A stretch of 63,679 nt of DNA, the filler included, from an uncultured bacterium (GTDB lineage Bacteria > CAYUVA01), in the NCBI GenBank assembly GCA_964448115.1. It is 3 parts of 3 records of this genome, joined end to end, with 100 filler letters (N's around TTAATTAATTAA, not from the genome) between each part and the next. Parts side by side here need not be neighbours in the genome. Positions count along the whole stretch, not along the records: positions 27,167 to 53,189 come from CAYUVA010000054.1; 2 more parts are not named here. The stretch is one strand, 5' to 3'. A program made the translations under genes and the position numbers. How positions within the stretch are numbered: the stretch's first letter is position 1; each line of letters begins with the position of its first letter. Shown here piece by piece: positions 32,182 through 42,463 of the stretch. The notes beneath the pieces were generated by a model that was not told where the DNA came from, made no database searches, and saw nothing but the letters and a program-made list of their open reading frames with translations.

Positions 32182-33186
32182 ATGACCTCGATACAAGTTA
32201 AACGATTCACCGATGTTAGCTCTTCCAAGCTCAAGGAGTTGTTCTTTAAATATCCATATCATAGGAACCATCAAATAAGGGGCATCCCCAGTGAATCGAT
32301 AGTGCAACTTTGTCTTTTTAACCTGGGAAAATGGCTCAAGGATGAGAGGAACCGACTATTGGTAGCTTATGAAGGTGATGAAATGGTCGGCTGTGCCAGC
32401 ATCCGCTTCATGGACTGGGATACAAATCACTTTGGGATAAAGATGGCGAACATGGAGAACCTGTTCGCGGTCGGGGATGAAAAGCTCAGAAACATGGCAG
32501 TCGATCTTTTAATAGAACATGCAGAGGACGAATGTCGGTCAATTGGCATCGAGCATTTGAGCACCAAGATATACCCCGCGGATAATGTTGCCAGCTTTGC
32601 CTTGCAGAGAAACGGACATCGGTTAATGGATACACGGGTTACTTTCACCGTAAATCTAAAGTACCAGAAACCAAGCGAACCTCCGCTGAAGGGGATCTGT
32701 CGATTGGCAGATCCCAAGCGAGATCTGGATGTGTTCAAGAAGCTAGCTTATGTCTGCTTCAAGGATGGCTGGGATCGCTTCCATAATGATCCCGCTTTTA
32801 GCAAGGAGAAGGCGGATCAGGTCTATACCAACTGGGCGGCTAATTCACTTGCTGTCTATGGGCATACCTGCTTTATAGCAGAGGTGGACGGCGAGCCGGC
32901 AGGCTTCATCACGGTCAGCATCGACGATTATGCTAACAAGTTCTTCCCATTCAAGGTCTCGGTGATAAACCTGATGGTTACATTACCCAAGTTTCAAGGC
33001 AGAGGAGTGGCAAAGTCGATAGCAACTGAATCGATAAACTATATGCATAAGGAGCTTGGCATGGATATTGTGCGCTCCGAGGCGCAGATCACCAACTGGG
33101 CGAGCGTTCATGCGGTAAGGCACGCTGGGATGCGTCTTGATGGTTCGGTCTATGCCTTTTCAAAGGACCTAAGAAAAGGGCAATAA
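32182..33186 (+). CDS. Tandem GNAT acetyltransferase (WecD/RffC-like sugar N-acetyltransferase)
   Basis: 'WDT.HFG', 'RF..DP.F....A..VY..W', 'FQGRGVAK' acetyl-CoA motif; AAGGAG RBS. Confidence 0.7.
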   Translation: MTSIQVKRFTDVSSSKLKELFFKYPYHRNHQIRGIPSESIVQLCLFNLGKWLKDERNRLLVAYEGDEMVGCASIRFMDWDTNHFGIKMANMENLFAVGDEKLRNMAVDLLIEHAEDECRSIGIEHLSTKIYPADNVASFALQRNGHRLMDTRVTFTVNLKYQKPSEPPLKGICRLADPKRDLDVFKKLAYVCFKDGWDRFHNDPAFSKEKADQVYTNWAANSLAVYGHTCFIAEVDGEPAGFITVSIDDYANKFFPFKVSVINLMVTLPKFQGRGVAKSIATESINYMHKELGMDIVRSEAQITNWASVHAVRHAGMRLDGSVYAFSKDLRKGQ

Positions 33187-33206
33187 TATTAAAATTTATT
33201 TATGCT

Positions 33207-33719
33207 TTAGAAATCGCAGGGTTGATCGCTGCTCTTTTGACCATCGAAGGTTCCCACGCCAGTGCAGTCGAACTGCATATCCTTTCCCACCGCGTGAGCC
33301 GACCATTCGCAGTGGAACTTCAACTGTCCTCCCTCACTGAAGACATAGCCCTCGACATCGAATTCAAGGTAAACATCCTCGAATTCCAGCTCCCCCTCGA
33401 TATTAAGCTGATCATCGACGATCGTACCGGTAACCTCGATCGGATCTTCGTCCAAGACCTGCACCAGGATAGTAAGCACATTGCCCTCCTGAACCATGTC
33501 CATCAAGCCGGGGATGACTGCATACAATGAGCAAAATGTGGTGCAGATGTTAGCAGGTGTGCCGGTGCATTCGCTGAATGAGCCGGTGAACTGCCAGCAG
33601 CCGGTCATATTGATCTCGCCATTGCCGCCGTTTCCATCGTCGCTGCTACAGTGAATACAGACAAACAATGCTACAAATGCTGCCAGAATTATGGCTATCC
33701 CTTTATATGTTTTCATCAC
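33207..33719 (-). CDS. Hypothetical exported or lipoprotein, acidic and Cys-rich
   Basis: Signal peptide with Cys followed by an SSDDGNGGNG linker; coupled to the upstream gene. Confidence 0.55.
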   Translation of the reverse strand: MMKTYKGIAIILAAFVALFVCIHCSSDDGNGGNGEINMTGCWQFTGSFSECTGTPANICTTFCSLYAVIPGLMDMVQEGNVLTILVQVLDEDPIEVTGTIVDDQLNIEGELEFEDVYLEFDVEGYVFSEGGQLKFHCEWSAHAVGKDMQFDCTGVGTFDGQKSSDQPCDF

Positions 33720-35332
33720 AACCTCCCTCGATTTTCAGTATTTTTGCTCTTCAATGATCCAATTACGACCGCTGCCGAGAAAATAAGAACGAGGGCAGAC
33801 ATCCATCCCAGCCAGCCTTCCAGCCAGCCTTTCACTACCCAGCTCAAGGGGAGCAAAACCAGCAGCGAGGCGGTCTTGAGATAAGCGTTCTGACTGATCT
33901 TATTAGCTATCGATGGGCTGAAGCGATAATATGCCTTGATAAGCATTTTACCTGTCTTACCTCGATTAAGCACCTTATCACGGAACTCCTTGAACAGTAT
34001 GACTTGTTCGGCAAAGGGAGATCCAAAGGTGGCAGTAGCGATGAAGCAGCCGTTCTCTGGATTATCATCATCAAGACAGCCGAGTTTCTGCCCGGTTATC
34101 ATCTCGTTGAATGCGCTTTGCACCACGCATGCAGCCTTGGGACCGACGCAGACCGACTCCTCGTATTCACGATGGTCGTATTGGTCCTCAGGGACCAAGT
34201 AGCCAAGCTCATCGTTGGCAAGTCCGAAGATGAACTCATATTCGCTGTCGGTAAGATCTTTGATCAGGTAGCCGGTCTCAGGGAACATCTCGCCGGGAAC
34301 TGTAAAAATAATCGCATCGCCGATGTGGATGAGGTTCACCTCGGTGCGCACCTTGCCATCGTAAAGCTCGCGGTTTAATACGCCTAGCTCGAACAGGAGT
34401 ATGAACTCCGGATTCTGCAAGGGGATATCGATGATCTTTTTTTGCAATGTGATCTCAACATCATCGATCCAGGGCTGGTTCTCGATAGCATCGATTGCCA
34501 GTTGCGCCAGCGTATTACCTATTCGTTCAGATTCCTCCCAGGTATGCCCGGATGTTCGGGGCGTCATCAAGCCACCCAGATCAGAGCTGATATGAAATCC
34601 CATGCCACCGAAGTAGTTTTCCAGGTACATATTGCTATAGTACGGATAGTCTGCGGTAATAATCGTATTATCGTCCCAGAGCACCTCGGGATGAGATCCC
34701 CAGCTCTCCAGGGTAGCGATTATGCTGCCATCTAATGCGCAAAGCTGCATGATAGGCACCTCCGTATCGATTACCTCGGGTTCCCTGGTGTCATAGTTCA
34801 TATCCTCGTAGATGAATGCCTTGCCGAAACGAATGCGAGCGGACTGAAGGTTATTGTAGGCTTCCTCGAAGGCTGCGACAACCCCTTGCTTAACGATCTC
34901 CATATAAACTGGATCCACGCCTGTTACCAGCGGGGAAGGACCCCAAAGCCCCATGGTATCCGGTCCCTCGTGGTTATGCGTGCTGTGAATGATGATGTTG
35001 TCCTGCTCGATGTCATACCCTCTGCTGACTATCTCCTTGGCAAATTTAAGGCAGTCCGGTCTGAAAAGCCCGACTAGATCCACGGTGATGAAGGCAACGG
35101 TTGTCTCATCGGTTCTTAGAAGCAGGCATCTTGTCCATAGTTCATCGTGAATGCCGGAGCTTACCCTGAAGTAGCCGAAGCCGCCCATGAACTGCGGATA
35201 ATGTTCGCCATCGATGCGATTAGTTATGACTGCCTTTCCCACGCCAGCCTGGAGGCAAAATCCCTGCGAGGTGATCGACATCGAGACGACCAAACCTAAT
35301 ATAAAGGTTGCTTTAAAGATACGCTCCATCAT
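33716..35332 (-). CDS. Neutral/alkaline ceramidase-like secreted hydrolase with C-terminal CFI-box sorting domain
   Basis: 'G.HD.L..R', 'HSTHNHEGPD', 'HPE', 'ITADYP', 'PGE', 'GLANDELGY', 'YEE'; C-terminal 'GCFIATA.FGS...FRD..L....G......YY..SP'. Confidence 0.8.
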   Translation of the reverse strand: MMERIFKATFILGLVVSMSITSQGFCLQAGVGKAVITNRIDGEHYPQFMGGFGYFRVSSGIHDELWTRCLLLRTDETTVAFITVDLVGLFRPDCLKFAKEIVSRGYDIEQDNIIIHSTHNHEGPDTMGLWGPSPLVTGVDPVYMEIVKQGVVAAFEEAYNNLQSARIRFGKAFIYEDMNYDTREPEVIDTEVPIMQLCALDGSIIATLESWGSHPEVLWDDNTIITADYPYYSNMYLENYFGGMGFHISSDLGGLMTPRTSGHTWEESERIGNTLAQLAIDAIENQPWIDDVEITLQKKIIDIPLQNPEFILLFELGVLNRELYDGKVRTEVNLIHIGDAIIFTVPGEMFPETGYLIKDLTDSEYEFIFGLANDELGYLVPEDQYDHREYEESVCVGPKAACVVQSAFNEMITGQKLGCLDDDNPENGCFIATATFGSPFAEQVILFKEFRDKVLNRGKTGKMLIKAYYRFSPSIANKISQNAYLKTASLLVLLPLSWVVKGWLEGWLGWMSALVLIFSAAVVIGSLKSKNTENRGRL

Positions 35333-35445
35333 AATTCCCCATCATACTAAAAAGCGATTGACTTTTCATAGCCATCAATGTTATCTTCAACCATATAATC
35401 AATAGATGCGATTGTCAATACTGAGCATTACATAACATAGGAGAT

Positions 35446-36606
35446 GTGATAATGAAGAAAGGGTATCTTATCAAGACAACAATACTAACATTGCTACTGC
35501 TAGTGCTTTGTGCCGCTGAGGTCTATGGGGATCATGCCAGGGTAGGTACTAGCGGATTATGGCGCTTTCGGATCTACAATGTCTATGGATGGGCGAGTCA
35601 AGCCTTTGATAGTGCTGGACACTATGATGATATCATCTCCATTGCGGTGCGAAACTGGAACGAGGATATCGACTTCATCTACCCGCTAGGAAAAAAGCTC
35701 GGATACCTGAAGAATAACGCCAAGCTATCCTTTGCCCGCACCGATTTTCTTATCGATTATGGGCTAACCGATAGCATTTTCCTGGAGGTATGGGTACCGG
35801 TTTACCAGTACAAGAAGCTCTCGCTCGGAACCTGGACTTATATCGATGATGAAAGCAATGACACGGTTTCCGAGTGGCTCGACGAGGCTTATGGAGACGC
35901 GGCGATCTGGAAGGCAAAGCAGATATATCCATCGGATCTTGATGCTCGGGGAGTGGGGGATATACTGGTTGGATGGAAGCATCAATTGTACAAGTCGGAT
36001 CGCGCTCGCTTCGCCTATGCCACCGGTTTGCGCCTTCCCACCGGCAGGGTCGATGATCCGGACGATCTCGATGATACCAGCCTCGGCGATGGACAGATGG
36101 ATCTTGGCTTATGGTTTTACTATGACTACATCACAAGTCCCCATTTCTTTTTGAATATACACACCCGCTTCGAGTACCAGATGAAGGGGACTTATGATAA
36201 ACCTTCCGATCCCGCCGTTCTTAGAATGCTAGAGGATGATGATCCCGGAGGCACCTACGATATGACCCCAGGCTGGTTCGGTTACCTCGAAATAGAGCCG
36301 CAGTGGAGCTATAATTATGGAAGGGTTGCACCGTCGTTCCTTTTGATCGCCATGTACAAGGCAAAGGACAACTATGAAGGCTGGACTCAAGGGGGTGGCG
36401 ATTCATACAAAGAAATGAACACGGATTATGCGCTAGTTACCTTATCACCAAAGTTTTACTTGTATCGAATTATCGATCCCGATGGCGGATGGGAAAAGAT
36501 ACCCTTTGAGCTATCCCTGGAGTACAGGTTTCCTCTGTTCGGCAAGAATTATCCAGCAACCAGCATGCTTCTATTCGAGGCGAAGCTGTACGCTAAGTTC
36601 TGGTGA
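35446..36606 (+). CDS. Putative outer-membrane beta-barrel (MetA-pathway/transporter-like)
   Basis: Signal peptide, 'GVGDI..G.K', 'GLRLPTG', 'LGDGQ.D', aromatic C-terminus KFW. Confidence 0.6.
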   Translation: MIMKKGYLIKTTILTLLLLVLCAAEVYGDHARVGTSGLWRFRIYNVYGWASQAFDSAGHYDDIISIAVRNWNEDIDFIYPLGKKLGYLKNNAKLSFARTDFLIDYGLTDSIFLEVWVPVYQYKKLSLGTWTYIDDESNDTVSEWLDEAYGDAAIWKAKQIYPSDLDARGVGDILVGWKHQLYKSDRARFAYATGLRLPTGRVDDPDDLDDTSLGDGQMDLGLWFYYDYITSPHFFLNIHTRFEYQMKGTYDKPSDPAVLRMLEDDDPGGTYDMTPGWFGYLEIEPQWSYNYGRVAPSFLLIAMYKAKDNYEGWTQGGGDSYKEMNTDYALVTLSPKFYLYRIIDPDGGWEKIPFELSLEYRFPLFGKNYPATSMLLFEAKLYAKFW

Positions 36607-36633
36607 TCGAGGTATCCGTGGAGGTTTGGTTTC

Positions 36634-37740
36634 ATGCCAAGTTTATTTGACCCGCTTAAGATTAACCGACTTGTAATCGCCAACCGAGTGATTCGATCCG
36701 CCACCTGGGAGGGAATGGCAAGCAGAAGCGGGGAGTGCTCAAAGCGCCTAATCAGCCTATACCGCGAGCTGGCTATCGGAGAGGTGGGACTGATAATCAC
36801 TGGATATGCCTTTGTCCGTCGTGATGGGAAAAAAAGCCCAAACATGAACGGTATGAACGAAGATAGCCTGGTAAACGGTTGGCGTGAGGCTACAACCGAG
36901 GTGCACAATTTCAGCTCAAAGATAGCCATGCAGTTGGTGCACGCCGGGGGAGCCGCCGATCCCAAGATGATCGCACCAGCAAGACCGAAGGCTCCATCAG
37001 CTATCAAACATCCGCAATATCCTTCAATTCCTCAAGAGCTGAGCTTGAACGATATAAACGATATCATCCAAGCGTTTATCGATGCTGCTAGACGATGCAA
37101 GTCAGCAGGATTCGATGCCGTTCAGTTGCATTGTGCCCATGGATACTTGCTCAGCCAGTTTCTTTCGCCTGCACTTAATAAGAGAAACGATGACTACGGA
37201 GGATCAATCGACAATCGGGTTCGTATCATAAAAAGGATTGTGCGCAGGATGCGCCAAGAGCTTGGCAGGGACTATCCTGTCTTGATTAAATTGAACGGAT
37301 GCGACTATATCGATGGCGGATTGGATGAGGAAGAGGCGGTCCAGGCTGCTATGATACTTGAGGCAGCCGGGGTCGATGCAATAGAGGTCAGCGGTGGTAT
37401 GGATGCTTCCGGCGATCAGGCAGCCTCCAGGATCGATGTCTTCGATGAGGAACAAGAGATGTACTTTCTAGGACACGCACAGGCTATAAAAAGATCAGTG
37501 AAGATACCTGTCGGGGTAGTTGGGGGTATTCGCTCATACAGTGTGGCACAAAACGCGATAAAACATGGGCTGGTAGATTTCGTGTCCCTATCTCGTCCCT
37601 TGATCAGAGAACCCCACCTGATCAGGGACTGGCGAGAGGGTATCATAAGCAAAGCCAACTGTATCAGTTGCAATAACTGCCTCAAGATCGCCAGTCGAGA
37701 ACGCGGTATTTACTGCTATTACCAGGAGACATCGCAATAG
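36634..37740 (+). CDS. NADH:flavin oxidoreductase (Old Yellow Enzyme family)
   Basis: NRVIRSAT, QLVHAG, GFDAVQLHCAHGYLLSQFLSP..NKR.D.YGG, C-terminal CISCNNC..C. Confidence 0.93.
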   Translation: MPSLFDPLKINRLVIANRVIRSATWEGMASRSGECSKRLISLYRELAIGEVGLIITGYAFVRRDGKKSPNMNGMNEDSLVNGWREATTEVHNFSSKIAMQLVHAGGAADPKMIAPARPKAPSAIKHPQYPSIPQELSLNDINDIIQAFIDAARRCKSAGFDAVQLHCAHGYLLSQFLSPALNKRNDDYGGSIDNRVRIIKRIVRRMRQELGRDYPVLIKLNGCDYIDGGLDEEEAVQAAMILEAAGVDAIEVSGGMDASGDQAASRIDVFDEEQEMYFLGHAQAIKRSVKIPVGVVGGIRSYSVAQNAIKHGLVDFVSLSRPLIREPHLIRDWREGIISKANCISCNNCLKIASRERGIYCYYQETSQ

Positions 37741-37778
37741 CCTCTTATTATTGGGTTAGCCAGGTGGGTAAAACCCTA

Positions 37779-39803
37779 TCATTCCTCGCTTGAAGGCACA
37801 TGCAAGGAACAAACATTACTCGGTGCAGTGCCTTCCATGAAGTATGTCTTGAAGGTCTCAGCCTTGGGGCAAAAAGAGGTGGCGCGTTGCAGGCTTTGGC
37901 CACAGATTATCACCTGCTCCATGCCGGGTGGGATCTCGAAACTCTCAGGATGCAAGGATTCATGCGCTTGTCTCATAAAATCCACAAATATAGGACCAGC
38001 AGCCCGGGAACCAGTCTCCATTTTACCCAAAGGCACCTTCTTGTCCCTGCCGATCCAGACTCCAGCCACCAGTTCGCTGCTATAACCGATGAACCAGGCA
38101 TCTGTATAATCGCTTGCAGTACCGGTCTTGGCAGCTACCGGGAAGGGTAAAGCTTTCGCCCTCCAGCCGGTGCCTTCATTCACTACTCCCTGCATGATAT
38201 CAGTAATTAAAAAAGCCACCTGTGAAGATATTACCTGCCGAGAGGTCGATTTTTCGCGATATAAAATATTACCACTTTGATCTTCGATGTGAGTTATGAA
38301 AACCGGCTCCTTGTAGTATCCTTGATTAACAAAGACCGCGTAAGCAGCCGTCAGCTCTAGTAATGTGGTCTCGAATGCACCCAGCGCCAAGGAAAGATAT
38401 GGCTTTATCTCCCCGCTGAAACCGTAGTCCCTGAGCTTGTCAACCACCAGGTCGATGCCGATCTCGTTCAGCAGCCTGGCGGTAACCACATTATTGGATG
38501 TAATCAGCGCATCCCTGAGTGTCATCATACCGTGATGCTTATTGTCATAGTTCTTCGGCTCCCAGTAGTTGTGTTTTCTCTTGGAGCCGAAGCTTACCGG
38601 CTCGTCCATCAGCGTGTAGATAGGCGTATATCCGAGCGAGAAAGCAGTGGCGTATATGAAGGGCTTGATGGCAGAGCCGGGCTGTCGCATAGCTTGTACT
38701 GCTCGGTTGAACTCGCTTTTATCGAAGTCCCGCCCTCCTATAAGAGCTTTAACCATTCCTGTTTTAGGCTCTATGGCAACCAGGGCGCCCTGGACGACCA
38801 AGTTGTCCTTTCCGTTGTATCCTGCCTGGTCATCGGCTTCCAGGCGCTGGTCGAGCATTGCAATACCGTCATAGAATGCTTTATTTGCCGCCATCTGTAT
38901 CCTCTCATCGAGGGTTGTATAAACCTTGAGTCCCTCTTTATAAACCGCATCATATCCGAGTCGATCCATTATCTGGCGGCGAACCTCCTCTATGAAATAC
39001 GCGGCTATACTGCTCTCTTGTTCGTGCTGCCGTAAACCAAGGGGTGCCTTGCGGGCTTTTTGTGCCATATCTTGGGTGATATGCCCGAGTTCCGCCATGC
39101 GCTTAAGAACAAGATTTCGTCTCCTTATGGCAGCCTGTGCATCCTTGAAAGGATTGTACACCTCTGGTGCCTTTGGCAAGGCTGCCAAAAGAGCACACTC
39201 AGGGAGGTTCAACTCCCAGGCATCCTTGCCAAAGTAGGTCTGGGCAGCAGCCTGGACGCCATAGGAGCCTTGACCCAAGTAAATATAATTTAGGTACATA
39301 AGCATAATCTGGTCTTTCGTGTAGTGCTTCTCCACCTGGTAAGCCAATATCGCTTCCTTGATCTTTCTTTTCAGAGTCTTTTTTGAAGTAAGAAAGAGAT
39401 TGCGGGTGAGCTGCTGGGTAATTGTGCTGCCACCCTCCACGACCTTCCCCGCCAGGAGATTTTTTATCGAGGCACGAAGGATGCTTTTTATTCTCAAGCC
39501 CCAGTGTTCATAAAAATATGAGTCCTCGATGGCTATGAATGCCTGAACTAAGGTCTTCGGAATCTGTTGTGCTTTTAGGATGATCCGTTTTTGGAGGTAT
39601 AGCTTATGTAGGATCTCCCCATCGTCATCATAGATGATAGTGGCTACATTTGTAGGATATCTTTCCAGGTTTGTAACCGGGGGCAGATCACGCGAAACAG
39701 ATAATATGAAACCCGCGCCCACACCACCGCCAAGAGCTAAGGTTATGAGCACGAACACAAGGATATACCTCAAAGAGCCCTTTTTTGCTCTGCTTTGTGC
39801 CAT
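37779..39803 (-). CDS. Class A penicillin-binding protein (PBP1A)
   Basis: EDSYFYEH, GGSTITQQL, RKIKE, SAIK, SNN, KTGT. Confidence 0.95.
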   Translation of the reverse strand: MAQSRAKKGSLRYILVFVLITLALGGGVGAGFILSVSRDLPPVTNLERYPTNVATIIYDDDGEILHKLYLQKRIILKAQQIPKTLVQAFIAIEDSYFYEHWGLRIKSILRASIKNLLAGKVVEGGSTITQQLTRNLFLTSKKTLKRKIKEAILAYQVEKHYTKDQIMLMYLNYIYLGQGSYGVQAAAQTYFGKDAWELNLPECALLAALPKAPEVYNPFKDAQAAIRRRNLVLKRMAELGHITQDMAQKARKAPLGLRQHEQESSIAAYFIEEVRRQIMDRLGYDAVYKEGLKVYTTLDERIQMAANKAFYDGIAMLDQRLEADDQAGYNGKDNLVVQGALVAIEPKTGMVKALIGGRDFDKSEFNRAVQAMRQPGSAIKPFIYATAFSLGYTPIYTLMDEPVSFGSKRKHNYWEPKNYDNKHHGMMTLRDALITSNNVVTARLLNEIGIDLVVDKLRDYGFSGEIKPYLSLALGAFETTLLELTAAYAVFVNQGYYKEPVFITHIEDQSGNILYREKSTSRQVISSQVAFLITDIMQGVVNEGTGWRAKALPFPVAAKTGTASDYTDAWFIGYSSELVAGVWIGRDKKVPLGKMETGSRAAGPIFVDFMRQAHESLHPESFEIPPGMEQVIICGQSLQRATSFCPKAETFKTYFMEGTAPSNVCSLHVPSSEE

Positions 39804-39825
39804 ACTTTTACTTTATACTAGAGGA

Positions 39826-40905
39826 TCAATAGCTTCTGAACAGCTCTCCCCATTCGGTCTTCATGAAGGCATCAACCCTCGGCTTGCCAACAAAGGGGTA
39901 CCAGTAGATATCGTGATATAGACGCGAGGCTAGATAGCTCCATGGTACCAGCGGCGACTGCAAGAGAGCCTTTTCGAATCGATGAAGCGGACCGTGATAT
40001 ATCATCTTCTGTCCCTTGCTGGCAAAGGTGTCCTCCTGGATAAATCCCCAGTTTTCCTTTGAGATATCAGCGCCGATCACCTCGATCTCTCTAGGATCTC
40101 CAACCCCCAATCCCTCCTCGTGTGCCAGGCGAATATAGCCAAGTTTCATGGGATCAAAGCCCATCATCTTGGCAGCCACCGCATCGATAGCGACCTGGTC
40201 TCCGCTGGCAGCGATGAAGTTCTTGATCACCGGACGCATTGCCCTGGGGCCTGGTCCATCGCCGGCAACGGTTCCATCCATAACGGCGAATAATCCAGTA
40301 TGGATCTCCTTTTGTATCTTGAGCAGATCGACTAAGGTCTCGTGAATGACCCGATGTGTCCAGTGTCGCCGATTATTCAGCAAGCCTCCAAAGGCATTTT
40401 TCATGGCACCGGTGGTGGTGGTAAAGACATGGGTCTTCATGGTGGGAAAGTGGATGATGTTCTTGCCGATGAAGAATTCGGGGATCTCGAAGCCATCAGG
40501 GTAAACCTGCGGTAATGCCTTGAGTTTAGTCTTTCCCGTCCAGGGTATCCACTTGACATCCTCCCAGAGATAGACCGATCTTAGCCCGTATTTATCTTGT
40601 ACCGCCTTATGCTTATTATTCACCTCTCCCAGCTTGCCATCGACCACCACGGTCTGGTTGTGGGTTGGATGAAGCGTCTTGGGATCATACCCGTCCATTA
40701 TCAGCTTATTGAAGGTTCCATCGAGCTGCCAGGGGGTGGATGAACATGCCGGGTAAAATGTTGACCATGAGATGTTTATCTTGAGAATCGTTTCCTTGTC
40801 TTGGGGAAGGTATTTGCGATATTCGGCTAGCTCCAGCAGCCTGCCATAGTCCTCCACTACATCCCTGGGGTTTGTTTTTAGAACTGCTACTTTCGATCTA
40901 ATCAT
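39826..40905 (-). CDS. DUF362 family protein
   Basis: 'LKINISW', 'P.MKTH..T..TGAMKNAFG', 'DG...G.GPGP', 'D.VAIDA'. Confidence 0.85.
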   Translation of the reverse strand: MIRSKVAVLKTNPRDVVEDYGRLLELAEYRKYLPQDKETILKINISWSTFYPACSSTPWQLDGTFNKLIMDGYDPKTLHPTHNQTVVVDGKLGEVNNKHKAVQDKYGLRSVYLWEDVKWIPWTGKTKLKALPQVYPDGFEIPEFFIGKNIIHFPTMKTHVFTTTTGAMKNAFGGLLNNRRHWTHRVIHETLVDLLKIQKEIHTGLFAVMDGTVAGDGPGPRAMRPVIKNFIAASGDQVAIDAVAAKMMGFDPMKLGYIRLAHEEGLGVGDPREIEVIGADISKENWGFIQEDTFASKGQKMIYHGPLHRFEKALLQSPLVPWSYLASRLYHDIYWYPFVGKPRVDAFMKTEWGELFRSY

Positions 40906-41021
40906 AGCTACTACCTCGATATCAGTTTCACGAACATAATTTTACCATCAGGAAACTTTTTCATACTACATGATCCCACATTAGTAAAGCTAAGAGGTTT
41001 TGTACTTCGGGCTATTATATT

Positions 41022-41564
41022 TTATCTTCTGGTTACTCCGCTCTCATCAATAAGCAGCCAGAAGTTACTCATCGCTTCTTTATCAAGGCTGTCAGCCCTG
41101 CTAGCTTTTCTTCCATTGTGGTCAGCTGCCCGTATCACTCCAGTCTCATCGATAAAGAACGACCTCAGCCCGCTTTTCCCATACTCGATCGGCGTGGCAT
41201 ATATCTCGAACCCGCCAGCCATATTCCCTTTTCTCTTAGTCGGCTTGAGGCTAAAGCGGTATCCGTTCTCGACCCCATCAGCGATCGATGCATCGATGCA
41301 TGGGATGCCGGCGCATTTTTTCTCGCCAAGCATCTTGAGGGAGCTACTGAATCCCTTGGAGTTTAAGAACCGGTAGCTCAACTGTCCGACAAAGTACATC
41401 TGTAGAATGGCTTGGGCTGATTTCTCGTTGTTTACGATCTTCATGGGCACATGCTGCTTGAACTCCACGGCGAATAATGAAAGCGAGGCAGCTAGCGCTA
41501 TAAGTATGGTTACTGTTGCGATCACTTTTGATGGCAACACTCTTGGCTGGCTCTCTCTTGGCAT
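41022..41564 (-). CDS. Pilin/pseudopilin-like membrane-anchored protein
   Basis: N-terminal TM; 'NE.SA...L......Q..Y', 'GYRF', 'A.P..YG.SG.RSFF.DETGVIR'; no prepilin G/F-x-x-x-E site. Confidence 0.55.
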   Translation of the reverse strand: MPRESQPRVLPSKVIATVTILIALAASLSLFAVEFKQHVPMKIVNNEKSAQAILQMYFVGQLSYRFLNSKGFSSSLKMLGEKKCAGIPCIDASIADGVENGYRFSLKPTKRKGNMAGGFEIYATPIEYGKSGLRSFFIDETGVIRAADHNGRKASRADSLDKEAMSNFWLLIDESGVTRR

Positions 41565-41660
41565 AACAACTCTCCCCAGTGCTAAATGGTTGGTGCAATT
41601 TTATATCAGTACTGATATACTGTGTCAAGGCGGTTACTTGCTAGTACTGAAGAGGAGCGC

Positions 41661-42449
41661 ATGAGATTAAGCGTCTTAGGTTGTTATGGAAGCGAGGCGC
41701 CAGGGAAGAATCTATCCGGTTTCCTGGTCAATGATGATCTGCTCCTGGATGCAGGAACCATCGGCTCTTCGTTGAGCTTGCAGGAACAACTGAAGATAGA
41801 TTATATCCTGATCACACATTATCATCTCGATCATATAAAGGGACTGCCCTTCTTCGTTGACAACATCTTCAATCAGCGCAACGAACCGGTGCGGATCTAC
41901 TCGATCAAGGAGGTCATCGAGGGACTTAAGAGACATCTATTAAATGATCACCTCTGGCCGGATTTCACGCAGATTCCACACTCGCCAAAGCCGATTATCA
42001 AACTTCATCAAGCACCTGAAAATAAGTGGAGCAACATAGGGGGCTATTCCTTCATGCCGGTACGGAGCAATCATATCGTGCCCTCTGCCGGATATATCGT
42101 TATTGAAAAAGAAAAAAATGACGCCATAGCCTACATGGGCGACAGCATGCCCAGCGATCAATTCTGGCTAACCATAAACAAGGCATTCCTCGGATCCGCT
42201 GCCATAACCCTAAAAGCAATAATTGTCGAGGTCTCATTACCGAATAAGATGCAAGAATTGGCTATTGCAAGCAAACATTTTACCCCTAGTATGCTTGAAA
42301 AGGAGCTTGAAAAACTTAAGCTGAAGGATGTTCTCGTTTTTATCTATCACATGAAGCCCAAGTATATGTCGGAAATCACCGAGGAGTTGAAAGCCATTCG
42401 CTCCGACTATGAGATCCACATCCTTGAGGAAAAAGTATATTACCTGTAG
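41661..42449 (+). CDS. 3',5'-cyclic-nucleotide phosphodiesterase (metallo-beta-lactamase fold, class II-like)
   Basis: LGCYG, LLDAG, THYHLDHI, ND.LWPDF, YHMKP; AAGGAG RBS before ATG 41661. Confidence 0.85.
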   Translation: MRLSVLGCYGSEAPGKNLSGFLVNDDLLLDAGTIGSSLSLQEQLKIDYILITHYHLDHIKGLPFFVDNIFNQRNEPVRIYSIKEVIEGLKRHLLNDHLWPDFTQIPHSPKPIIKLHQAPENKWSNIGGYSFMPVRSNHIVPSAGYIVIEKEKNDAIAYMGDSMPSDQFWLTINKAFLGSAAITLKAIIVEVSLPNKMQELAIASKHFTPSMLEKELEKLKLKDVLVFIYHMKPKYMSEITEELKAIRSDYEIHILEEKVYYL

Positions 42450-42463
42450 GATCTTGCTCCATA

